Source: Antechinus flavipes
Taxonomy: Eukaryota
DNA: 64,000 nt
Direction of reading: 5' to 3'
NCBI RefSeq assembly: GCF_016432865.1
Contig: NC_067403.1
Span: 255,502,001-255,566,000, forward strand
The position numbers and the translations under genes are program-made. This document shows, in pieces, positions 1 through 10,415 of this stretch. Below the pieces are notes generated by a model. It ran no database searches and was not told the origin of the DNA. It worked only from the letters and a program-made list of their open reading frames with translations. The first letter of the stretch is position 1; the number at the start of each line of letters is the position of its first letter.

Positions 1-469
1 TTGAGGGGTGCCCCTCTTCATTCCTAGCTCTTTAATTCCCCCCACCCTGGAAAGTGCTGCTGTGGACGTTTTGTTGGAAATGCCCAATGTTGTGATGGCC
101 GGGCTGAGGAATACGAATGAATTCGTGATTTTTCTTGCATAATTTTAAAGTATGATCCAGAAGGCTTAGAATTTCACTTTGCTATTGGTCTATTAGGGTG
201 ACTCTTTCGCCATAGCCCCTCCAATATTAACTTGTTTCCATTTAAGAACACGAAGCTATAGTCAGAGTCAAACCGCACCCCTGGCACTTCGTACCAGGAT
301 GCCATTGCTCAGGTTGGGTAACATTTATCGGCCTTCGTTTCCAAAATTGCTCGTTGTAGATAATCTCTGAAGTTCTTTCCAGATCTAGACTTAGGGCTCT
401 ATCACCCTTTGTTGAAAGGAACCAAATTCTCACTAATTTGGGGGACAGTTTGAGCACACATCCGCTCAC

Positions 470-545
470 CCTGAACAATCTTTCATTCGGTTGTTGATGG
501 CTTACATTTCTTCTTTTGAGAACCGTGTGTTCTGCTCCTTGACCC
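470..545 (-). mobile_element. Small degenerate LINE-1 ORF2 C-terminal fragment
   Basis: Minus strand reads EQNTRFSKEEM*AINNRMKDCS, resembling the L1 ORF2 segment (R.FSKE.I...N.HMK.CS). Short and interrupted. Confidence 0.5.
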
Positions 546-1987
546 AGGTGTTCTCATTGAGAGAAAGGGATTTCTTGGGGCTTACCATGGTCCTTGAAGA
601 AAGAAATGTCAGAGTCCTCAGTCTCCCCCTCTTCTGAGGCAGATTCTCGGGTCCAGTTCTGATCAAAAGAGAAATAAGGGCCAGCTTTCACCTGGGAGCG
701 GGTGGTGGGAAATGAAGCCGTTGGGCTCTGACGACCGAGGAGCTGACCTCTGGCCGGCACTGGGGCTGGCTTTCCGTGGCTAATTTGGCCCTGATTTTGC
801 TGTCTATAGAGAAAGTTAACTTTTGGGTCTCTTTCCATTTGAGCTACTCATGACCGACCCACCCCAAACCCGATCCCTTGAGGTTTAAATGCCGAGAACA
901 AACAAGGCTAGGGTTACCGGGGCCGAGCTGAGCTGAGCTGCCCGGTCCGGGTGAGCCCCGTCCTGAGAGCCCAGGGCAGTCCCGGGCCGGCCCCCTTCTC
1001 TCTGTTTAGGAGATCTAATTCCACAAACGCCGGCCCAGTGCTCGTCCCGCGCCAGCCCGGGGCCGGTGAGAGGACGACTGTTTGGAGAAATGGCATCTCC
1101 TTACAGCCACAGAGCTTCCCCCAGCGTAAGAAGCTTGCTCTGTATATTTTCTTTGGGTTTCATCTCCAGCTGCGGGATCAGCCCAGAAACAGACTCAGCA
1201 TCTGGTGGTTCTGGGGGTGCCGGCAGGGGAACGAGGTCTGCCAGGGGTCAGGGGACTGTCATTGCCCGCCGGGGCCCGAGTTTGGGGAGAGGGTGAGGCC
1301 GTCAGGCCCCAGCCTGTCCGGGAAGGGGGATACCTGGGCGGGGCGCCGCTCAGATTGAAGAGTTAGGGGGAGGAGACACGAGGGGATGTAACGGGCACCC
1401 TGCCAGCCATCCCATCGATCCACAAGCGCCAACTACGTTCCAGGCACTGGAATGAGCTCTGCCCATTCACCGTGGGCACTCAGATCCTCTGCTCTGCTGG
1501 TGTGGAAATAGCCTCCACTGCTCCTCCCAGGCCAAGCAGGAGAAAGCTAATCCCTCTTCTCTATAACACAGCCCTCTAAATATTTAAAGACCTTATCATG
1601 TCAGTTAATGAGCCCATCAACAAGCATTTATTAAACTCCTACTGTGCTCCAGGCCCTGTGAGCTCTGGGGATGAAAAAACAAGAGAGTTTACTTCTTTCT
1701 GGAGACCCCGGCCTCCCCGGGGCCTCCCCAAATCTTCTCTTCCAGGCACTACTGTTCCTTTAGCTTAACACCCTAGGACAGCCTCCCCCCCCGGTTCTCC
1801 AGATTATCTGTCCACGTCCTTCCTAGAACGAGGTGCTCAGAGCTGGACCCCCTACTCCAAGGGTGATCCCCCCTGGAGAGCCTACAAGGGGAGTCTCCCT
1901 CCGCCCACCGGGGACACTATATTCTGCTCCTGGCATTCTGGGGACAGGTGGGAGTAGCTGTCACCCCCACATTGAGCTTGTGGTCCC

Positions 1988-4900
1988 CTAAAAGCCCCAG
2001 ATCTTTGTTGTACTTCCCGGTGAAGATCTCCAAGCCAGGCCTGGAGGGTGTTTTCCTGTTTGGGTCGGGATGGTTGCTGCAGAGAGCCCTCCTAATTCCG
2101 GGATTCTCTGAACAGGGGTCCCAGAGTCTGACCCAGACTCGGTCCCTGGAGACCCTTCTGGGCCCACGTGAGGCCCTCGGGAGCCAGCCAGAAAGCTGTG
2201 AGCGGCCTCCTCCTGCGGACAGACGGACAGACCGAGGCCCGGAGAGGAAGCCCTGCCCCGCGCTAGCTGGAACAACAACTCCGGGCTGTCTGCCAGTTCC
2301 TTCCAGATGCTGGTGATGGAGACGTGCAGAAAGCCCTGGCCTTCTCAGCCAGGGTCTTGCCGCACCCCAGGAAGAGGCAGTGAAGCTTGGTTGCCAATTC
2401 AATCTTTCCAGCCCAGGGGACTGGCACAGAGAGTCCCTGTGAGCGCCCTGCTTTGGGCTGATCCTCCCCGGGGATGGGCTCCGGCCCCCCCGCCACGGGC
2501 TGGGCTGAAGGGATGGATAGGACGAGTAAAAGGCCTTGGGCACCGGGCTGGAAGGGGGCACGAGAGAAGGGGAGAGGCGCACCAAGGGGGGTGAATGCTC
2601 CCGGGCCACCATTCCCGGGCCGTGGTACAAGGCGCCTTTGTTCTGGGGAAGCTCGCCTTTCTCCTCCCTACCAGGGCTGGGGCCGACGGCTTTATCTTCC
2701 TCAGGCAGGAAGACAGCACTGCTCGGCTTCCCTGGGGCGCTCAGAGACCAGAAAGCAAGGGGAAGGGGGGGCTTCTTCCCAGCCAAACTGCACGCACTCG
2801 GAGGGCAGGGACGCACGGCCCGCAGGACTGATCCCCACTCCCCAGTCTGCCTTGACTGGGAACGTCTGATTATCCAAGAGGACTCTGGGAAGGGCTGGAA
2901 GGGGCTCTCGGGGAGAGGGTGGTGAGCGTTCGCTCTCGGAGGGGGTCCCAGGGGAGTGGTCGGCCTTCTGTGACCCTCCTGTCACCAGGTGACTGATCTC
3001 ACAGGCTTGTAGGGGGGCAAGACCCCTCCCTGAGGCAAGGAACCTCAGCAATCAGGGAACCCCTAGTCCTTACAGAGAGGGAAACTGAGGCCGGGACCGC
3101 ATTTCCTTTTTGTCATTGTACTCCCAGGACCTAGCACATAGTAGGTCTTTAATAAATGCTTGTGGCATTTAACTGAATTGAGGGGACGCTGGTGGTGAGG
3201 GGCCGAGTCAGAATCTGAACCCATATCCTCTGCCCCCAGCCCCTTCGCCTCCCACCTCAGGTCAGCCAGCATGGTCATCCCCACCTTTCCTTCCCTGGCT
3301 CCCTGGCCCTCTGGGATGTCTATCTCAGGAGCCTCCGGAGGTGTCTCGGGGTCAGGAAGGAGAAGGGAACAGGGTGAGATGGCGGCTGTGGGGGAGGGGG
3401 GGGCGGCAGGCCAGGTTCTGCCCCCCACCCCAACACCATTTATAATGCAGAGCAGAGTGGCGCCCGCTTGGGCCCAGGGAACAGAGGAGCGGGCCGGGGC
3501 CCACGGGAGGCCTGGAGGCCCTGCTGTGGAGCTCACCCTGCTGGGAGGCGCCGGGGGCTTCTTCTTCCTGGAAGTTTCCGTCCCAGGCCTGCAAAAGAAG
3601 CGATCAGCGGGGTCCCTGAGGCCCAGGAGAGCCACCCGCCGCCCGCCCACCCCGAGCTCCATGAATATTTCAGCAGAAAGGCTATTTTTACGCAGAGCAG
3701 ACAGAGCAGCCAAGTCCCTGGCCACTGCCAATAATCAGTGCAAAGGTCCTACCTCAATGCCCAGGGCTTTTCTAGGTCCTACCTCAGTGCCCAGGGCCCT
3801 TCCAGATCCTACCTCAACGCCTAGGGCCCTTCCAGGCCCTACCTCAATGCCCAGGGCCCTTGTAGGTCCTGGAGACAAGCAGACACACTAGAGATTGGTT
3901 TCCCTTCTCTTCCTAGCCCAGACTCCACCCAGTAGTAAAGAGCTCCCCTCCTCAAAAACCTTCACTGGCTCCCTACTGCTCCAGGATCAAATACAATCTC
4001 ATTAGCCTGGTATTTAAGACTTTCCAAATCGGGGGCCTTTCAGTCCCACTGAACATTACTCCTTTTATGTACTCCCAATCCTAGTCCAAAGGGAGTGCAA
4101 ACTCTTGGCATCTCCTCCTTCCCAGTCTTTGTCCAGGCGGTTCTGCAAGCCAGGCGCGCCCTCCTTCACCACTGTCCCTTAGGCTCAGTTGCTTCCTGCT
4201 CCCTGAGGCCTTTCCTCAACTCTCTAGTTATTGATATTTTAAGTGTGGCAGAGCACAGAAAGCTGGATCTGCCTCCAATATCCACTGGATACACGGGCTT
4301 GGGCAACTCTAAGCATCTCTCAGGGACAGAGAAGGAAGGAAGGAAATGGGAATTTCTTAAGTGCCTGTTAGGTGCCAGTGCTTTACAAAGACTATCTCAT
4401 TTGGCCCTCATCACCACTCTGGGAGCTAGGGGCTGTTATGTCCTCATTTTACAGATGAGGAAACTGAGGCAGGAATTGAGTGACTTGCCCATGGTCACAT
4501 AGCTAGTAATTGTCATAGGCTGCATTTGAAATCAGTCTTCTCGCCTCCAGACCTGGCACTGTGGGCACTCTGGTGCCATCTAGGTGCCCAAGGTCACAGA
4601 TGGTCAAGGTCTTGACTCTGGCTCCCAATGTTAGTGGTCTTTTGCTGCTATGGGCTACTCCCAAATTTATCTGGTAAGTATCCCTGTAGCTATTGATTAA
4701 AATGTTAGACAGGCCAGANNNNNNNNNNNNNNNNNNNNNNNNNNNNNNNNNNNNNNNNNNNNNNNNNNNNNNNNNNNNNNNNNNNNNNNNNNNNNNNNNN
4801 NNNNNNNNNNNNNNNNNNNNNNNNNNNNNNNNNNNNNNNNNNNNNNNNNNNNNNNNNNNNNNNNNNNNNNNNNNNNNNNNNNNNNNNNNNNNNNNNNNNN

Positions 4901-7900
4901 NNNNNNNNNNNNNNNNNNNNNNNNNNNNNNNNNNNNNNNNNNNNNNNNNNNNNNNNNNNNNNNNNNNNNNNNNNNNNNNNNNNNNNNNNNNNNNNNNNNN
5001 NNNNNNNNNNNNNNNNNNNNNNNNNNNNNNNNNNNNNNNNNNNNNNNNNNNNNNNNNNNNNNNNNNNNNNNNNNNNNNNNNNNNNNNNNNNNNNNNNNNN
5101 NNNNNNNNNNNNNNNNNNNNNNNNNNNNNNNNNNNNNNNNNNNNNNNNNNNNNNNNNNNNNNNNNNNNNNNNNNNNNNNNNNNNNNNNNNNNNNNNNNNN
5201 NNNNNNNNNNNNNNNNNNNNNNNNNNNNNNNNNNNNNNNNNNNNNNNNNNNNNNNNNNNNNNNNNNNNNNNNNNNNNNNNNNNNNNNNNNNNNNNNNNNN
5301 NNNNNNNNNNNNNNNNNNNNNNNNNNNNNNNNNNNNNNNNNGAAGAGAAGAAGGAAAGAAGGAGGGAGGAAGGGGGGAGAGAGACAGAGAGAAAAAGGTA
5401 AACATGGGCAATCCCAGGTGATCCCAATGGTCTCCAAATCTCAAGCAGGGAAGGTTTCATGGAGGGACCTTGGAAATGAAGCTGTATCTCCCCAGGTACT
5501 GAGCTCATCACGGGCAGGCACAGCATCGGTGCCCCCTGAATGCAGCATGAATTTGCATGGGGATAATCTCGGAACCTTCATTTTTGCCAATGGAAAAGTC
5601 CTGGACGTGCGTGTGCTCAAAACGGACGGCCTTCCCTGGCCACACTTCATGTATGGAAGTGCTGGAACCAGTAAGGCCTACAGAGGGGAAATGACTTGGC
5701 TAAAGATACCCCCACCATCAGTGACATAGCTGGGAACAGAGCAGGCTAGTCCCCTCTCCCAGGCTGGCTCTCACGCCCAGGCTAGTCCCCTCTCCCAGGC
5801 TGGCTCCAGAATTGACCTGCCTTTGGATTTTCCCCACCACTGACCTGTCCTTTTCCTGTGCTGTGGAGAACATGCAACCTTCTAGTTTTCTCCTCTTTAC
5901 AGCCGTGGCTCTCACTTCTGCTTCCTCATCATCCCCCTTCAGATGGGAACCAGACCCTTGGGATTCTTGCGGCCCCAGAGCAGGTGGGTGCTGAGCCACT
6001 GAAGAAGGGCGCTAAGGGAGGAGGGAGGGGCGTTTTTCTTTAAGAGCTGGAAAGGAACCCTTGATACCAACCTCTCCCAGGAGAGACATATCGTCAGAAA
6101 CAGGTTAATGGGGTCCTAAGTTTAGAAGCGACCTCAGAGGGGTCATCTAGTCCAAAATCCCAAAGAGCATCAAGGGCTCATCCAAGGTCACACAGCCTCT
6201 CCTCCCAAACCCAAAGCCTTGGCTCGGGAGAAGCTATTTTTCCATTTTACTCAGAGGAAAACTCACCATGTCTGGGAGCTCGCTGTCTCCTCTGGAGGGC
6301 CCTGGGGGAGGACAAGAAGCACAGGGCTTCAGGAGACATGGCCGCTAGGATCTGGGGACCCCCTCCTCTGAGCAGGTCTGCCCGCAGCAAAGTGGTCAGG
6401 GGAGTCCTTTCTGCCTCCCTTCCCGCGGGCCCGCCCGGGCAGCCTCCATGTCTGCCTCCGGCAGCCTATTCATCTCCAGAAAGCTTCCAGGACGCGGCCC
6501 GTAGTGAGTGAGTGTGTGTGTGTGTGTGTGTGTGCGCTATGTGAGGGGTGTGTTTGTGTATACATGTATACACGTGTGTACAGGAGGGCACGTGTGTGTG
6601 TACATGTGTGTGTGTTGTGTAAGTGAAGGTGAGCAAGTGTTTGTGGGCTGGGGGCCCCCAGGACAAGGTCAGCTTCTTGAGAACAAGGGCTGATTCATTT
6701 TTTTCTTCTTTCAATCCCTAGCTCTTTCTAAGATTGTACTTGGAATGCAGTAGGAGGTTAATAAATGCTCACCAAATGGAACTGAACGGAATTCCTGAAA
6801 AAGTCCTGATTAACCCCTTCATGCCAAACTGGAGATGACTGGCAACAAGGCCAAAGCTTCAGACCTAGGGAGTTACAGAGAACTTACACCTCCATTACCC
6901 CATTCAAGGAGGACAAGTATTATTCTCCCCATTTGGAAAATGGGGAAACTGAGGCCCAGAGAGAGGCTAACTGCCCCGCAGGCGGACCAGCGAGCTGGGC
7001 AGGGGAGCCTGGGGAGAGGAGCTGCCCCTCGGTCTGCCCTCCCCCCTCCCCTTACTCACCGGCCGGCGCCCACTTCATCTCCACGTAGAGGGTGCAGACA
7101 AAAGGGTAGGGCTCGAGGAGGGCCGCCCCGTGCTTGAATCTCAGGTGGGACACGCGTTCCCATTTGCTCTTATCTGCCAGCCGGGGCTAAGGAGCACCAG
7201 GACATTTGAGAAAGGACCACAGGCTCCTGGGGGGTGGGATTCTAGCTCCCCACTCTCCATCCTCCCACATGGACCGGACTTTGGCAGTCCCCCTTAAGCC
7301 TAAGCAAGGCAGATGGAAGCCTGTTCCCATCCTTCCACACACAGAATCTGGGGGGTCGGGAGGGATTTCAGGGGACCAGGCCAGACCCCCTTCCGCGAGA
7401 ATCCCCAAGTGGCCCATCGGCCTCCACTTGGGTACTTCTGGTCCGTAAGCAAGTTCACAGACACGAGGTTATCCACGTCTTTCATAAACGATGGTGCCCA
7501 GAATACCCCACGATGCTCCGGGTCAGTTCTGACCAGTTTGGGGCCCCCTGCTCTGCTCTTCTCCCTCCCCTTGACCTTCCCCACCTACTTCTTTCTCCCT
7601 CAGGCCTGGACACTCTGCCCACTAAGACACCGCCAAGGTGCCATTGGCTTCTTTCCCCACCATATTCTCTGTAGACTCAAGTTGACCTAGAACCCAACAT
7701 TGCTGGAAGAAAAGATACAAGGAAATATGACGAAATGGTCAGTGGTAAATGGCTGCAGATTGTCCAGGTTCCCCAAGACGGCCCGAATGGAGTCCTAAAA
7801 ATGGGGGGAAAGCTTGTTTTAGCATTGTAATGGTCACGTGGCTCAGCCCACCTGTGCCCCTATCACCTTCTTCTGGGCTATTTCTTCTCTTGCTTTAGGT

Positions 7901-10415
7901 TGGGAGGATGTTCCACGGAGGCCCGGGGGCCCATCCTGGGCAGACTAGGGGAGGGAGGCCCTCAGGACTCTGACCCTTTTAGGGCAGGTGGCTGGGCCAT
8001 ATGTGATATCCACAAGGTATCTACTGGGCCAAGGCTGATGGCGAGACCCTGATCCTGCTGGGGAGGCTGGACGCTCCGGGGACCCGACAGAAGGCACGAG
8101 GCTCTGAGAACTGGGGGCCCGGCAGCAGCAAGTGTTTCTAATTAAGGGCAAGATGTGGCCGCCCGGCCTGGGTATTTACAGTTGGGCTTCCTGGACTGTC
8201 AGGCCCCAGGCAGGGGCAGAGCCAGGGCAGCGGGCCAGAACCCCGGGAGGCTCCATCCTTCCGGAGCAGAAGGCCCTGCCTGCCAGTCACCCGACGTCGG
8301 GCAGAAACAAAAGGTCTTGCGGCATCAGCATCGAAGATGCTGACATTTCAGCCAGCGAGAGCGAGAAAGGTCAGAGGCTTTAAATGCATTAAAAAACCCA
8401 GGAAAACAGGAAATGTGCACATCCGCTGCCCTTCTGCATGGAGCGAGCTACACAGGCAGGCCGGGCCAACCAGGGGCTGTCAAGACTCCCAGAGCTCCAG
8501 GAGGGCAACCCCCGCTCGGGGCCTTCCGCACAAAGGAGCCCCTTTCCTGAGAAACGCCTGCTTCTTGCGGTCCCTACCTCCAGCTCCTGGCTGACAATCT
8601 TCTTATCCTCTATTTCTTCCCCTCTGGAAGGCAAACAAACAAGTGAGTCATGACGGAAGACACCGAGAGAGACGTTCTCTCCAAGCAGAGCCTGGTTGTA
8701 GCTGAGGAAGGTGCAGCAGAAACCAGAAAAATGATAGAGCAACCAGTTAAAAGATGGGAAAAGGGAATCGTCGACATCGGATGGGTCACAGGGAGAAAGG
8801 GGCACTCCTACACTGTCGGGGGCCCTGTACACGGAACAGTTCTGGGAGGGGGAAATCGGAATCACGTGAGAACAACACGAGTTCCCATGTGAGGTGTTCC
8901 AAAAGTGTCAGTACAATTTAAAGCCTTTGAAGTTAGAAATCAAGTGAATATTTAAAGCTGAGTATTAAGTAATTAAGACTGAGATTTTCTCTCATGTTCT
9001 TGGAACACCCTGTATACGTGAAAAGATTCCTAACAGATTTGGAAGGTTCGGAGAAACCTCAGAAGTTTCATCTGAACCGTCGCAGATGGCGAGGGTTCGG
9101 CATTCACTGAACTCTTGCTCAGCTTGGTCCTTGACTTCCCTCTGGTCAAGTGCAAGGAACCTGTGTCTCGTTTGTTTGTTTGTTTGTTTCTTTACCCAGT
9201 TTTTTTTTTTTTTAATTCTAAATCCAATGTTCTTTTTTGTTTTTTGTTTTTCACACACATTGCTTTGGAATCACATTGGGAGAGAAAAATCAGAGCAAAA
9301 GGAAAAAACGATGAGAGAGATTTAAAAAAAAAAAAGTGATCTTAGAGTATGTTGATTTACATCCAGTCTCCTTAATTCTTTTTCTGGATGCAGATGGCAT
9401 TTTCTGTCCAAAGGCTATTGGGATTGCTCTGGATCACTGACCCCCTGGGAAGAACTGAAACTGTTGAGATTGCTTTGGATCACAACCCTGGGAAGAACCG
9501 AGTCTATTGGGATTGTTTTGGATCGCTGAACCCTGGGAAGAACAGAGTCTTTTATAATTGATCATTGCCTCTGCCTCCCTTGTAATGGACACTCCAATAA
9601 CTGAGGGGGGCTGTGCCTTCTCGGGGCTTCCTGTTTTCTCCTCTGGATCCCTAGGCTTGGCATTGTGCAGGCCTAAGTAAGTTCCTCAAAGCTCCTGGCA
9701 CAGAAGAACCTGGGTCAGAACCCTTCCTCTGGCATTGGGTTAGGGACCTACTGTGTGTCAGGAGGTGGGAAGACACGGCAGGAATGTGCTCCCCCATTCC
9801 GGAAGATGACATTCACGTACCTGACTATATGAGACTTTTTGAAGGCAGGTGCTGCCCTTTGCCTCTTTTCATTTCCCTGGCACAATGCCCGGTACACAGT
9901 AGGCACTTAATAAATGTTTACTGACTCAGTGATTCGGGCTCCATCCTGGTAAGAACAGTCGCTGGGTGAATCGGTCAAGAGCAGGCCCCTCTCCCTCTCC
10001 CCACTCCTCTCCTCAGAACCATTCGAGCCATTGCTGCAAAGGCAAGATTCAGAGCCGCTTCTTCTAACGGGAACTGCTTTTGGGATGAGAGGCTGGTCAG
10101 AGGACAACTCAAATCGAGGGATTCTGTGACTCCAAGTTTGTCCCCAAGAAACCTCCCTAGGGGTGGCTAGCTGGCTCAGTGGACAGAGCACCGGATTTGC
10201 TTAAACAAAGAAGAGGAGATCTCCCCGTGGATCCCCACGCGGCTGCCCTCGCTGGGCGAGGCAGAGAGGGATGGACCAGAGCGGGCGGCCTGGGCCCGGG
10301 GCCCCCCCAGTTACCTGACACTGCTGCCGTATCTGATCTTGAACTTGTACACACTGCTGCCCGCGTGGAGGAACCTGGTCTCAGGCAGTGGGTACGTGAA
10401 GGCTTTCAGACTCAT
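1988..10415 (-). CDS. MAJIN: Membrane-anchored junction protein (meiotic telomere TERB1-TERB2-MAJIN complex), ~271 aa
   Basis: Phase-consistent GT-AG exons: 10315-10415 (MSLKAFTYPLPETRFLHAGSSVYKFKIRYGSSVR), 8578-8623 (GEEIEDKKIVSQELE), 7719-7794 (DSIRAVLGNLDNLQPFTTDHFVIFPY), 7060-7173 (KSKWERVSHLRFKHGAALLEPYPFVCTLYVEMKW), 6267-6301, 5845-6011 (..AVKRRKLEG..EKDR), 3537-3588 (PGTETSRKKKPPAPPSR), and a probable terminal exon 1988-2212. The N-terminal domain matches human/mouse MAJIN closely. The last exon is much less certain. Confidence 0.9.
3745..3870. repeat. 30-bp minisatellite, ~4.2 copies, in a MAJIN intron
   Basis: Unit ggtcctacctcaatgcccagggcccttcca is repeated with few substitutions. 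Confidence 0.9.
4359..4590 (-). mobile_element. CORE-SINE (MIR/MAR1-like)
   Basis: Core ttttacagatgaggaaactgaggc..gtgacttgccca.ggtcaca; the tRNA-like head is at the right end (minus strand). Confidence 0.7.
4719..5341. other. Assembly gap (N run) in a MAJIN intron
   Basis: 623 consecutive N, flanked on the right by a purine-rich GA repeat. The MAJIN exons either side already join in phase 2. Confidence 1.
6505..6620. repeat. (TG)n / imperfect TG-rich microsatellite
   Basis: A gtgtgtgt run followed by degenerate TG/TA dinucleotides. Confidence 0.9.
7174..7718 (-). other. U12-type (minor spliceosome) GT-AG intron in MAJIN
   Basis: Donor GTATCTTTTC. Branch site TCCTTAGC about 14 nt upstream of the AG. 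No polypyrimidine tract. Confidence 0.7.
9195..9365 (-). mobile_element. Marsupial L1 3' UTR fragment
   Basis: acacattgctttggaatcacattgggagagaaaaatcagagcaaaagg plus a poly-T tail; a related copy lies at 15810-15960. Confidence 0.65.
9420..9555. repeat. ~45-bp tandem triplication
   Basis: Three diverged copies of g(g/a)gattg.t.tggatc...ccctgggaagaac.ga.tct.tt. Confidence 0.75.

Noticed and set aside
1615-1640. Recurrent aataaatgcttg motifs as polyA signals (also 3150, 9905, 14235, 32115, 51945)
   Set aside because: They match the LINE-2 3' terminus and mostly have no associated gene end. Only 37115-37120 may be co-opted by SNX15.
1200-2100. Fragments resembling GPHA2 (RQGNEVCQG; GLEIFTG)
   Set aside because: On inconsistent strands or frames, with no cystine-knot cysteine pattern. 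Chance similarity; GPHA2 probably lies left of the window.
4503-5526. Long ORFs in the track spanning the poly-X region
   Set aside because: Artefacts of the 623-N gap.
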